The notes under the pieces were generated by a model that made no database searches, was not told where the DNA came from, and saw only the letters and a list, made by a program, of their open reading frames with translations. From the NCBI GenBank assembly GCA_951406725.2, contig OX597818.1, positions 6,076,001-6,140,000 of the forward strand: 64,000 nucleotides of DNA, written 5' to 3'. Shown here piece by piece: positions 1 through 12,700 of this stretch. Position 1 is the stretch's first letter; every line of letters begins with the position of its first letter. The position numbers were made by a program, and so were the translations under genes. The DNA comes from Octopus vulgaris. Lineage: Eukaryota.

Positions 1-1609
1 CCTTTTTCTATTGAGAATTTTCCTTAACTTTAGCAATGATTCAATGACTATATAACATAGAAATTATCTAGGATTCAATCCCCTTTTATGGGAAATGTGG
101 AATAATCCTTTCCATAATCTGAGCCAGGTTGTATGTGGAAAATCTTTTCGATATCCATTTCAGATGTGCATGTGATAAATCTTATTTTCCTTAATCTTTC
201 GTTTTTTCCAGTGATGACTGCAGTCATGCTGGGGCACCGCCTTGTATAAGTGTAATCAAACGTATCTACCCCAATAAACCAAATAACTTTTTGTCTAACT
301 GCTTTAGTTATGGGAACTGAAACACACCAGCAGGGGTAATCAGTCGGTAGTGGGGAACAAATGAAGACACGTAGATATCTACAAATATATATATATGTGT
401 GTGTGTGTCTGTGTGTGTGTGCGTGTGTGTATGCTTCACATATGAGAGAGAGAAGTAAAACAAGGGACAATTTATTCCTAACCACGAAGCTCGTCTCCTG
501 TAAATGTCAATATAAACCTCCAGTTGATTTTTCGTTCTATTCTGATCCCATGAATATTGTGTTTTTATATAGAGGTGTGTTGTCATCGGAGAATTACATT
601 TTATTTGATTAATTCATTTTATCTATGATACCTTATTCTTTTCTCCTTGTATACTTTATTTTATTGCTTATATGAGAAGAAATCTTCATCATATATTATT
701 TCCTTATGGGGACGCATATTACGCTACAATTACCAAAAATGTATGATCTGCCAATAATAAAAGAGATACCTTTTGAAAATTCAACTGAGGAGACGCATAT
801 GCAATAATACTATAATGCAACACAATTGTTTATACAGCATCTTACCTAAAAGTTACCGGGAACGATGGTCGAAACGATCGTAGTGATTATGAATTAAACA
901 TCTCTTAAATTCCTCTTCCTTTCTCTCATATTTTCTATTGTCTATGAAAGTAAATCCAGTGTTGTATATATCCATAATGTTCTTGACATCAGGTAGCCGA
1001 ATACTATGAATCGGCTTTAAACAGCATACTACAATGTGTATACCCGCATATACAATTATCAATTATATGTATATATACGAATTCATCATATATGACAAGT
1101 AGATCCAAATATCATTTACAAGTATTTCAAAAAATACAGAGTATTAGACAACAAAAATACGGATGGACAAAATCACATTTTAATTGGCGAATTCACCACA
1201 AAAAAGCTGACGGTAGGCTCTGCTGTATCGACACAATTTGATTGCAAATATCATTCAATTAATATATCCGAAACAAAACATGTTAACTCAACGTTTTCAA
1301 GGTGATCTGAAATTCTTTAAATTCAAAGTGAACTTAGAAAATATCTCCTGTACAGAAATGAATACAAACAGAACGTAAAGAAGAAATATAATGTGAGAAA
1401 AGCATTTTTTGCATTCGACTCTTATTGATGCCAGTGGATAACGACAGAATATAAAAAAATATACGTATGAATTCTAATTTTCGACAATTAGAAACAGAAA
1501 TTGTACGACACGAAAGTTATTTATGTATCTGATAAATATGATAGACACTTTTAGAAGAAATTTATGCTTATTATATAATAGTAAGAGAACAATAGAATAA
1601 GAATAAGAA

Positions 1610-1745
1610 CAGCAAAAGAGAACGATAGAATAAGTACTAGGCTTACAGAGAATAAGTTCTGGGTTCGATTCGTTCGACTAACGGTGGTACCCTAGTATGG
1701 CTGCAGTCAAATGACTGAAACAATTAAAAGAACAAAAGAATAAAT
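1610..1745 (+). mobile_element. 3' half of tRNA-derived SINE (octopus-type)
   Basis: gatagaataagtactaggcttac...ggtggtaccctagtatggctgcagtcaaatgactgaaacaattaaaagaa; same tail recurs at 27725-27853 and 36360-36490. Confidence 0.8.
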
Positions 1746-3011
1746 GTATATACTCAACTAAACACACTCACACGCAGGCGCGCACGCACACACACACAGA
1801 AACACACACACATATAGATGGAGAGATAGAGAGATAAATATTGATGCATGATATATATATTTTTCAAAGCTCTATTCCAAAGTAATTGTATTTACTTAAC
1901 TTTTCAAATGTTTTTACACAATTGTTGTAATCATTATTTATCAAGGTAAGTTTTTACGACATGGTTTGGTCGCTCGATTTAAACACTCCGAACACTTGGA
2001 ATTCAATAATCTTAAAAAATGGTGAAGATGTTCCAACTATTTTTTCTCATATGGTGTTCAGAATTACGCCATATAACCCATTGTAAATACTTGCCAATAT
2101 ATTCATACATTAATTAATATGTTCAGTTGAAACAAACATCGAATTACTTTCTTCGCGATAGAAAAGTGGCGAATGCTTGCTTGGAAGTTTCTTGTCAGTT
2201 GACACTTTTCTTCAGTAGCTATAATTTTAGCCTCTGTTTCCAGTTAATGATTTGTGTAAAGAGGGAGCCAACTTTTGAGTTGGGTCGTATTTACATGAAC
2301 AATGGGATCTCTGACCCATGTACAGTATTTGAAAAGCAATATCTTACTTTACCATCTAATTTTGAGTCTCTGAGATATTTTTTGATTCGGCATGTTGGTT
2401 CTCTTTCATCTGATTGCGCTCCAGTCTCGTTCCTCTTTAATCTTTGTACATATTTCTTTGCTTCTTCTGATATTTATTACAGTTTTTTAGTACTTTCTTA
2501 GATGTACACAATTGTAAGCGTCCAGTCATTATTGTTCTTTAGATAGGTGTATATCTCTAGGTTTGCTGCCTTTATAGATACACTACATCTACATTTGGGT
2601 GCTGCAAGCTTTCCGTTGTGAGGTGACTGCGTATTTATTTTACAGTTTTCACTTATGGACCATTTCATGATTTTAAAGTTGTGAGTAATAAGTGGCATTG
2701 CTTTTAAACTAATGTCATCAGCACTTTTCTTGCATTAAGTTTGCTCTTTCGGATACCGCTAACAAATTGAAATACCAATTTTTTTGGAATTTTTAACACA
2801 CTTTTGAGAGCCGTATGCCAATCCCTTCTCACACACACACACACACGTTAATATTTGTAATTTGTTTTATCTTCTAATTTTTTGCTGGTACTAATTTTGT
2901 CTTTTAGTGTGTAGTAAATTTTCAGGAGGTGTTCCTTAAAGAATATGGCTGTAGCAAATTTATGTAAGTCAACCCCCATTCCGATATCGTAACTGAAATG
3001 TTTCCTTCTTC

Positions 3012-3562
3012 CTGTTATTGTTGAGTGAGAGAGCTGTGAGTGCCATCTAAGTGACACTGGTGTAAAATATACGAAGCCCAGTATACCCGTCATGGCTATC
3101 CGTCTCACAAGGGTATACCAGGCACATGCATCACAAACATAGCGGCACAACATAGTGATATCATATCAAAACAAACAGCGCATAAGCTTGCAGGTGGGGG
3201 CCTAGTAAGAATTTTCTTCAGGCCGAGGAGCCCATCCCGCCCAAAAGGACCCTGAGTAAGGATTGTTTAAGGATGATGGATAAAACACCCATGTTTCCAA
3301 ATGTGAATTATCCAAACCCCAAAGAATTTCTCACAACACATGGCTATGATGCTCCCCCACTACTGCTGCTCGTAAACAAAGATGCACATATCATCAGCCA
3401 TTAATGGACATGCTCAACTGGTTAAGGTCAAGCAAATATGTGGTATTCAGCAGAATGTTTGCTGTGACCTATCAATTATACCAAGACAAAACAATGTACA
3501 TGATAACACTTCCAATCAGTTAAGATCAGAAGCCATGAGAGCCACTACATCAGGACATGTTT
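3012..3562 (-). mobile_element. ~550 bp non-coding interspersed repeat associated with (TAA)n tracts
   Basis: Homologous to 9010-9472 and reverse-complementary to 21253-21730 (e.g. gatgctcccccactact, acatgctcaactggttaaggtcaa, cagttaagatcagaagccatgagag). Confidence 0.75.
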
Positions 3563-3584
3563 TTATTATCATTATTCTACGTTT

Positions 3585-4412
3585 GACTTTTGCTTTATAT
3601 TTGTACGAGTTGGCTCCAAGTTTCACCCAGAGACCACAAGAGACAACAGGTTGGAATTTCATGTTGTTATGCCTAGCGTGCCATATATTTGCTTTTTTTT
3701 CTAGTGCTGTATTAGTGAATGTCTAAAAAAAATCGAAAATTATGTTTGTTTTAAAACTTGAGATTACATAGAAAGTATTTTGCGTAGGATACGAGCAGTT
3801 CCCATGAGCACTATCTTTTGAATTTCTGCCATTTTGGGGTTTCCTGGTATCTGAGTTAGGTAGCTATCAGCCCCTTTTGCTATCATTCCCAGGGCACCTC
3901 TGACTACAGGTATTGTTTTAGTCTTCAGGTTCTATATTTTATTGATTTCTATTTCAAGATCTTTATATTTGCTCAGTTTTTGGTAGGTCTTGACAGATAC
4001 GTTTATATCGATTGGGACAGTCATATCAATAAGGAGGCATGTTCTTTGTATGAAGTCTTTCAATATGATGTCTGGCCTATTTGCATCTATCTTTCTGTCA
4101 GTTTGGATGGTGAAGTTTCAGAGGAGTGAGATGTGGTCATTTTCAAGCACTGGAGGTGGTTTGTGTTCCCACCAGTTTTTTTCATGGGGCAAAATCCAGG
4201 TTTTTGCAAATTACCCAGTGAATATATTGTGCAGCTCTGTCATGCCTGTTGAGATACTCTGTAGGCGCTAGAAGACTGCACTTGGAGACAATGTGATCAA
4301 TGGTTTCATTTTGTTGTTGACATACACGACATGTTGGGCTACTACCGTTCTTTAATATGTTGGCCTGGTTGTTCCTTGTTGGTAGGCATTGATCTTGAGC
4401 TGCTATGATAAA
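3585..4412 (-). mobile_element. 3' fragment of R4/Dong-like RLE non-LTR retrotransposon
   Basis: Minus strand reads ...LLWNFTIQTDRKIDANRPDIILKD...LLIDMTVP...KYKDLEIEI...IPVVRGALG...IQKIVLMGTARILRKILSM (RPD..D restriction-like endonuclease); flanked by ATT repeats. Confidence 0.85.
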
Positions 4413-4577
4413 CCCTTATTATTATTATTATTATTATTATTATTGTTGTTGTTGTTGTTGTTATTATCATTATCATTGACATTATTATTATTATTATTAT
4501 TTTTGTTGTTGTTGTTGTTATTATTATCATTATCATTAACATTATTATTATTGTTATTTTTATTTTATTATTATTGT

Positions 4578-7050
4578 CTTTGCACAGCTTCTAATGCTGG
4601 AGATGCACTACGCTGTCAGCTATTTACTACCAGTGAACTAAGGTAACATCCCTTATTTTCGAGCGCCAACCAGAGTATTTGAGCGGCTCCAAGCAGCGCT
4701 GTTATGTGCCAGTGTCACATGCTTATTTTAGCCGCTATTTGTTCTCAAGAATTTTACACACTATTCTCACGGCTCCGACAATTATTGGTACTACTACCAC
4801 CTTTTTTCAGCGACCACAACTGCATAACCTCCCAAGCAAACCTGTCATATCTATCTACTTTTCTTTCTTCCTCATCGCATAACTTGTTGTCAGTTGGCCA
4901 TACACTATACCTATGATACAGCATCGTTTGATTTTTTTCCCGATTAACACTATATATGATTTCTCGGTTTTTGTGTCATGGTCCCACTGAATCATAAAAT
5001 CCCATAGGAACTTTGTATTATCATTTTCGATGACGCCATCTTCTTTCTATGTCTGTCTTATCTTCAATATTCCTATGAAATTATTCATGCACTCTTTTAT
5101 TTATCCACCTATTTTCAGTTTCATTCCTTCTCAGTGCTTTATCTTTGCAATCTTCCATCCTACACAAGCTTGACCTTCATACTTACAATAATAGCGTTTC
5201 TGTGACATTTATTACATACTATGTTATGTTGTTTTCTTCTGCTCTAATGATGTGTTCGCATCAAATCAGTCCTCTCTCCTTCTTTTTCTTGGTACATACA
5301 GTCTGTCAGGGTCACTTTTTGGGTGGAGTTTCCCATATCTAGTCAGCAACTTGTTTGTATTTCTGTCTAAGCTGTTTAGTTAGTCTACTGTCTATGGTAT
5401 TACCTCTGCTCCATATCTAAGGTGTGAATCCGCCCAGGTATTGATAGCTTTAATCGGATTCCGTCCGTTTAATTTCGATTCCCGTATCAATCTCAGTCTG
5501 CGCAAGTAGTCCACCTTAGATGTTTCTGCCATTTCTTTCTCTATCAATATATCCATTTTCAATATCCCCAAGTAATTATAGCATGTCTGTTCTATTTGCT
5601 TCATGACATCCCCCGATATTATCGTTAGCCCGTCCATGTATTTCATTTTGCCTCTCTTCAAGAATAACAAGTCACACTATTTCACTCCGATCACCTTTCT
5701 GGAAGTATACACCGTATCAACGAGGGAAGGGATTGGGATTCATCTTTACCATAATGTTTGAGGCCCTCCATGAATAACAAGTGGTTGACATTTTGGTGAC
5801 GGCTCATGAATACTTACCCAACCTCAGAATCGGTGTTAGTGGCATCATGCACAGTACGAGATCAGTGAGTGCCTCTCCTGATTTCTATTGTTCTTAAACT
5901 TCTTCCGTATGCTGTCAGATCCCTCCTCCACTTCGCCATAAGTTTTCCAAGAAATCGCTCAACATTCGATGCAACACCAAATAGGTTCATACATTCCATA
6001 ATACAAGAATTTGTGATTATATCGTATGCATTACGATAATCGAACCCCCTCTTGCAGTATCTAAATACAACTTTATCTACCAGCAGTTTATTTTTGGTAC
6101 CTCTGCACTTACGCTTGCACCCCTTCTGCTTATGTGGCATAACTTCATTTTTTCCAGATGTCCGTACATTGACACTGATTATTCCAGTCAATAATTTCCA
6201 CATAAAAGGCAAGTATTTCCTTTTTCGATGTTTTTCAAGCACAGCACCATCCTACTCTTGTCAACAACTCGGGTGTTACTTGGTTGGCATTGAACGAGGT
6301 GTTGAGTTGTGCAGTTATTCGTTTCTGACATTCACCAAATCTTTTGATCTTGTCCCGGGACCTTCCAGTTACCCATTTTTTTAATGATTTTCCTCACGTC
6401 CCTAACTGAAATTACTAATTCTGCCTGTTTTGTTTCGGTTCTTGCAACCATTCAGAATTCTTTTGTGTTCCTTGTCTTTGCCCCAGATGTCGTTCCAAAA
6501 CCTTTGACTTTCAATATTATCTGGTATCTACTTTTCATCTGTACACTCCATTTATTTCTTTGTAGAATATTTTCTGATCTACTCCGATCTACTGCTGGTA
6601 TTCCTTCATTGTTTGGTCGTTTCTTACCATTTTTGCTTTCTCTGCAACGAGGCATTATTTCAGTCCTTCCGTCACAACTTTCAGTCTCTTTCTTTCTGTA
6701 ACATATTTCGGCTTTAGCGCGCTGTAATTTTGTTCACTTTTAGCCTCCTCCTCTTTTCGGTCTAACGCAGAAATGTCCTTCGAGAGCATGTCTAACCCCG
6801 TCTCTATTCTTCTTCTCCTCCATGGAACTTTTCTTTTGTCACTCCCATTTTATTGCTTTTTTCTTGACACCAACACCCACATCTGCTATAAGAATACGTG
6901 CTGCCTTGATCAAATTATTTGTTCCTGTGATGTTTTTGTTCTGATGTATTTCAGAATTTCATTCACTTTTTTTTTGTTTCTTGGTTCAATTTCCAGAGAC
7001 TAACCTTTTAAAGTTTACAAATAAAGTCGCTATCGTTCTCTTGTAGCCTA
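4578..7050 (-). mobile_element. Decayed R4/Dong-like RLE LINE (RT plus RLE end)
   Basis: Fragments LPFMWKLLTGII, QKGCKRKCRGTK, DYRNAYD, IRRG, YNYLG, SKLNGRNPIKAINTWA, LWSLKKVVVVPIIVGA; many stops and frameshifts; 3' end abuts ATT/GTT tract at 4416-4575. Confidence 0.85.
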
Positions 7051-7079
7051 CTGTCGTAGATTGTCATGTCACCATTAGC

Positions 7080-7222
7080 TTTATTGCCTTCTTCCAGTTC
7101 GTTTATATGTCTTTCATAGACATATGGCTGCATACTTTGATGAATAAAACTATTCCTTGTATTTATAAAACATTAGCAAACTTTTTTTCTTTTCTACAAA
7201 TATCATACTTGAAGACCTAATA
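7080..7222 (+). mobile_element. Right-end remnant of mariner element
   Basis: gcatactttgatgaataaa...attagcaaactttt...tcatacttgaagacctaata matches right end of the mariner at 38281-38372. Confidence 0.75.
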
Positions 7223-7244
7223 GAAATATTAAAATTACTAAGTC

Positions 7245-7743
7245 TCGAAGGTTATAATGGATACAGATCGTGTATCAATAGCTATCTTGATGGCGGTGGC
7301 CTCATGGAGCTGACCAGCGGCAGCGATTATTCTTATATCTATAAGAATGCCATATTAATATGGCGATAACAATTAATTTCCAGTAAACGCTGCCGTAATC
7401 TCTTTTATAGAGACTTAGGAATTTTAATATTTCTATTATTGAAAACAAGTGGATGTATTCCACTGAAACTAGGTAAATAGAAACCTTCGAACAGAGACGT
7501 CAGTGGCGACACCTGGGGGTCTGACTGCGCTACATTGACAAGGGGCAATACCCCGAAACGCGTCTGTAGCTGTCGGACTGGCAGTGTGAAGCGGCTGACC
7601 TCCCTTGTTCGAAGGTTATAATTGATACAGATCGTGTATCAATAGCTATCTTGATGGCGGTGGCCTCATGGAGCTGACCAGCGGCAGCGATTATTCTTAT
7701 ATCTATAAGTATGCCATATTAATATGGCGATAACAATTAATTT
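7245..7743 (+). mobile_element. Partial tandem Penelope pLTR / retrozyme-like unit, 364 bp period
   Basis: 135 bp direct repeats 7245-7379 and 7609-7743 (2 mismatches) bracketing a hammerhead motif; ends in (TA)n. Confidence 0.7.
7529..7570 (+). ncRNA. Minimal type I hammerhead ribozyme, U3-A8 core variant
   Basis: GCTACA-TTGACAA-GGGG CAATA CCCC-GAA-ACGCGT-C-TGTAGC: 6 bp stem I, 4 bp stem II, palindromic stem III, GUC cleavage triplet. Confidence 0.8.
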
Positions 7744-7749
7744 ACATAT

Positions 7750-7795
<46 letters not shown>

Positions 7796-7823
7796 GAGAA
7801 AGAAGCAACAAGAATGGATTAGT

Positions 7824-7914
7824 TTTTAGTACAATTGTTTCATACAAAGACAGGCTTTATTACAAGTTGCAAAAATTGCAGCAGATAAAAGTGTCCCGTA
7901 CTCATCAGCTAAAA
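7824..7914 (-). ncRNA. Type I hammerhead ribozyme with long stem II
   Basis: Minus strand TTTTAG-CTGATGA-GTACGGGACA...TGTCTTTGTAT-GAA-ACAATTGT-A-CTAAAA; canonical core, palindromic stem III. Confidence 0.8.
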
Positions 7915-8084
7915 TACATTTCAGACATCTTAGTGGGTGAGGTTATACTCAGGAAATATTGGAGATAGTTCCATTAGAGGCAGATATAGGTTGTAAACAG
8001 TTTTCCAAAGTTCCTTAATGATGATGCACAGTCTTATCACAGATTTTTAAAAAACTTATTAGTTTCGAAGAGAAGATGAATCTG

Positions 8085-8101
8085 TATATATATATACAGA
8101 T

Positions 8102-8197
<96 letters not shown>

Positions 8198-8216
8198 TTA
8201 TATAAATATATGCATG

Positions 8217-8286
<70 letters not shown>

Positions 8287-8345
8287 CATATATAAATATA
8301 TGCATATATACATATATATAATATATATATGTGTGTGTGTGTATG
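8085..8345. repeat. Compound (TA)n/(TACA)n/(TG)n microsatellite
   Basis: Directly visible. Confidence 0.95.
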
Positions 8346-8674
8346 TATCTGTTCAATGCCTTTGTGATCGATAATGTCTAGTTTTTGTCGTTTGTTTTTA
8401 TTCGATTCGCTTATTTGTGTGACCGTTTGTTTATACATTAATTAATGTTATAGTGAAATATTAATATGTGTCCATGTAAAAATGGGGTGTAAACGTAATT
8501 AATTAGTTGACGTACGGACGTATTTTTGCTGTGTACTTAATCGGATATAATCCAATATGTACTTATTCGGACATATTCCAACAATTCGGACATACTCCAA
8601 CAATAAAGAGTATTACTTACTCGTGTGTAGTCCAGCGCTTTGTCAGTGTGGCGAGCGTAATTACAGGATTTGTG

Positions 8675-8733
8675 CGAGTGACGAAGGTGATACTCAGTTA
8701 TATATTTTAAATGAGTATCACCTTCGTCACTCG
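8675..8733. repeat. Perfect 22 bp inverted repeat with 15 nt loop
   Basis: cgagtgacgaaggtgatactca / tgagtatcaccttcgtcactcg. Confidence 0.9.
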
Positions 8734-8886
8734 TTTCATTCGAAAAATAGACATACATTTTAATGAGTATTACTTACTCAGATATATTTCAAAACTTTGT
8801 CAGTTATTTTAGGCCCCATTTGTTGCCTTTCTTCCCGATGTTTTGGGGTCGATTTCGGAGCAGTGCTTAATCGATCTTACATGATA

Positions 8887-8911
8887 TTATTATTATTATT
8901 ATTATTATTAT

Positions 8912-8992
<81 letters not shown>

Positions 8993-9002
8993 TAGTAGTA
9001 GT
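8887..9002. repeat. (ATT)n(AGT)n microsatellite
   Basis: Directly visible. Confidence 0.95.
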
Positions 9003-9009
9003 GAATTAG

Positions 9010-9472
9010 ATATCAGCGCATGCCATCAAAATGAATCTCTTTCTAATATGTGTGCCCCAGGCACATGCATAACTACCATGCTTCATTACATAGTTACCTC
9101 CTATCAAGGTAAACAACGCATGGCCTCGCATGTGGGATTCAGTTAGAATTCTCTTCACGTCGAATAGCCCGTTCCGTTCAAAAGATTCTTGAATAATGTG
9201 TGTTTAAGAATGATGATCAGAAAACACCCTTGCTTCCAGAGGTGAGTTATTCAAGGCCTGAAGAATTCATCTCAGTACATGACTCGGATGCTCCCCCGCT
9301 ACTCCTGATCGTGATCAGAGTCGCAGCTATCGTCAGCCACTAAGGAACATGCTCAACTACTTATGGTCAAACAAGTGACAGTATTGAGCATAAAATTTAC
9401 TGTAGCCCATCTTTTATACCAAGAGAAAACATGTACGTGACAGCACTTCTGATCGATCAGTTAAGATCAGAG
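9010..9472 (-). mobile_element. Second, more diverged copy of the TAA-associated non-coding repeat
   Basis: Similar to 3100-3540; abuts (ATT)n at 9474. Confidence 0.7.
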
Positions 9473-9504
<32 letters not shown>

Positions 9505-9506
<2 letters not shown>

Positions 9507-9877
9507 TTTTTTTTTCTTCTTTCAAATTTTCTTCCATTTCTTGCCGAGTGTCTTCCCGACTCCTAGGGCAAAGAAACTCATAGTGTATATTGGTAGGCCA
9601 TTAAACCAAACTCAGTAGTTCGTTAATTTTTTTTTTTTTTTTTTTAAGTTAAATTAAAATACATGAGCAGCAACAGTTCTCACATCGACAATGCTCTTCT
9701 CAATACGTGTGATGTACCAGTTAAGACAATCTTTTGCACTTCTTGCAGGGATGGTAAGCCAGGGATCATTCTCATATAATTTTCGGTTCCCTTCTTGATC
9801 ATTCCTAGTGCTCCTACGATCACTGGTATTGTAACCGCCTTGAGATGCCACATTTTCTCAATTTCAATGAGTAGGTC

Positions 9878-9880
<3 letters not shown>
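9505..9880 (-). mobile_element. Short 3' end of R4/Dong-like RLE LINE
   Basis: KDLLIEIEKMWHLKAVTIPVIVGALGMIKKG...LQEVQKIVLTGTSHVLRRALSM plus 3' UTR, between two (ATT)n tracts. Confidence 0.85.
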
Positions 9881-9970
<90 letters not shown>

Positions 9971-10002
9971 GTCATCATCATCATCATCATCGTCGTCGTC
10001 AC

Positions 10003-10079
<77 letters not shown>
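9879..10079. repeat. (ATT)n(ATC)n(ATT)n microsatellite
   Basis: Directly visible. Confidence 0.95.
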
Positions 10080-10080
<1 letters not shown>

Positions 10081-10329
10081 GTTTATTATGAAAATCCAAA
10101 AATTTATTCCCGAAAAAGATAAGCCTTTTTTGCACCATCAAATTATAGCTGCGTATTCAACAAATAAATGAATAGTAATCGTATATAAAACGCTCCTATT
10201 TTAAGAGAAAAATGAATTTTTGAGTTTTTTTCCTATTTCTATATACTTTCACACACACACAAAATTACAAATATGTTTGGAAAACCTTTTTTGAATTTTC
10301 AATTCCTCCCGTTGGAAAGCCTGTGAAGT

Positions 10330-12700
10330 TACTTTGATATTGTAAAATGAACATATATTTTTCGGTAAACCGAATCCCTAAATTTACTTTACTCATAGTA
10401 ACTTAGTTTTTTCAATTGAATACACATTACCGTTGTAAGGTAAGTTCTGCTGTTTATTGAGCTTTGCCTTTGGTATTTGTTTATTGATATGACAATTGTG
10501 TGTTTGATAATGTATTGCGCTTTCTAAAAATAAATGGCATTTATGTATCGGATGTTTTAGGCTGATACAGGAAATTACTAACATATTTTCTGATTGAAGA
10601 ACAATCAATTTATATGAATAATTGCGCTGCATACAAAAACTTTATACGTTTGGTTTGTTTTACGATTATTGGGGTTTCACGTTTGACGTTTATGAACTGT
10701 GGTCGTATAGTTGTGATGTTAAAAAATTTAAGTAATACTGAGCTACTCGACCTTCATCTGCAAAAGCACCAGTTGTTCCTTTTTGAAGATGGAATTTTAA
10801 TGGTATTAATGTGTTGCGTAGTAACAACATTCATAATTCTTTTGTTCCGCTTTGTAAAAGCTAATCACGTGTGTGCGGAAGTTGTACATGGTACATGATA
10901 TTTTCACCATGGAGTTATTTAGATTTCCCACCTCATTATTGAGTCGCAAATCTTCTCAAGATATCAAAATACGAGTTACTGCGAATATACAAATATACTT
11001 GTTGTCTGCTTTGTCCTTATTTCTTAAATTATCAGGCAAAATCTTTCCCCATGAATTCTTATTTGCCACTAAATAATGAATGACAATTATATGTGTGTGC
11101 TTCGCCCTACCAAATATACTCGAATATAACATGTACAAATTAATGGTTTCGAAGAAAAGTAAAATTGTAGCGAATTGGTATATAAACATCTATTCCATCT
11201 CTATAATTTGTGATTTTAGCTTTATCCAGTATTGTTCCTAAACAAGATAGGTATAAGATATGTTGAATGACAAGGAAACTGTCTTTAATGAGAAAACAAC
11301 ATTTTATTCTGCAAGAATTTGAAGATCCACTATATGGGAAATTTTCATATTCAAGGTACATCATCTGATTAATTTTCATAGCTAAACATGATCTACCTGC
11401 AGCAAAATTGTAGACTAATCAGACTTGAGGATATATATGTACATCTGTCGATTCACAACCTCCAGTTTTAATATGAGCTCCATTCCTTTGCATTTACCAT
11501 GCATTATATAGACTGTCATAATAGCACAGTTACTATTTTCAGTATGGGTGTAAGCATTATGACAATCTGTTCCGAGAGTTCGGTGACAATATTTGGATAA
11601 GGATAATTTAGAATTAATGCCCATGGCGTATATTCATTAGTATATTTGTTGCTGCAATAATAATCCATTTTAAAAGGTAAATTTGAATTATCTGCTTCGA
11701 ATATATTTTGCATGTGGATCCTTTGTCTCTTCGCCAAACTGTGATGACGCAATGTGCTTTTAGTGGGTTATTTAAGTTAAACATTCAGAACTAACAGGTT
11801 TATCTCTATGTTGCCGTGAATTGTCTTTATTTTGTATTTTGAATAAAAACTGACAAGACTGTAAGAATAAAAGACGATATTGTTTTTAATTCTTACTAGT
11901 GTTCAGTAAGCTATAATATTTACAGGGATGTGGGTTTCTTCCAATAACTGGCTTAACTTAAAACCTTTGCAAAGATATTTGAGAACCAAGAGCTTTCGCT
12001 CAAGACTAGTGCTTTTTATATCATTGGTAATTTTATATTACAAATGAAATTTCTCGCTATAGCCACTGTATGCTGATAATATTTTCCCATGTAATTGGAA
12101 CTGCGTGTATATGAACGTGGTTATGTATAACGGCGACCTGTATGCTCACTTCAGCATCATGAATAGGCATGAATTGCCTTTGTTAAACAATTATATAATG
12201 GCATCTCATTATTGTGCAAAAGCTTTTGTGGTGATATGAATGTACTTTAGCAAATTCAACGAAGCACTACTGTTGCAACTTGTTTGGAGTTTTATGCACT
12301 TTATTTATTTGTGGTTACGACTTTTATCCATTAAATGAAATATATAATACTGTGCAATTAAGATTTGCTGGTTGAGAATTTCAGTTAATAATCCTCCAAA
12401 AGGAGGCCTTACATTTAAAGGAAAGGCAGAAAAATAGAGTTACATAAGGATCTATGAATATTTGAATGCTTGTAGATTTTCTTCCTGCTTTTGTTAATAT
12501 CCTTCTTTCCGATTTATTTACCTTCTCCTCATTATTACTTGTTATTAGTACAGAAATTATATTGCGAGTTGTTCATTTATATCTGTCCAAATATTTTACA
12601 TTGAATTCTTTATCGATACCTTCTACGATTTTAACATTGGTTGGAATGTTGTTAGCTTCAATTTATACGTGCAGCCATATGTGATCCCTTGAGAGATCCC
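10330..12700 (-). pseudogene. Unidentified decayed coding-like block
   Basis: Stop-interrupted protein-like frames on minus strand, e.g. IEANNIPTNVKIVEGIDKEFNVKYLDRYK*TTRNIISVLITSNNEEKVNKSERRILTKAGRKSTSIQIFIDPYVTLF; no family recognised. Confidence 0.35.
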
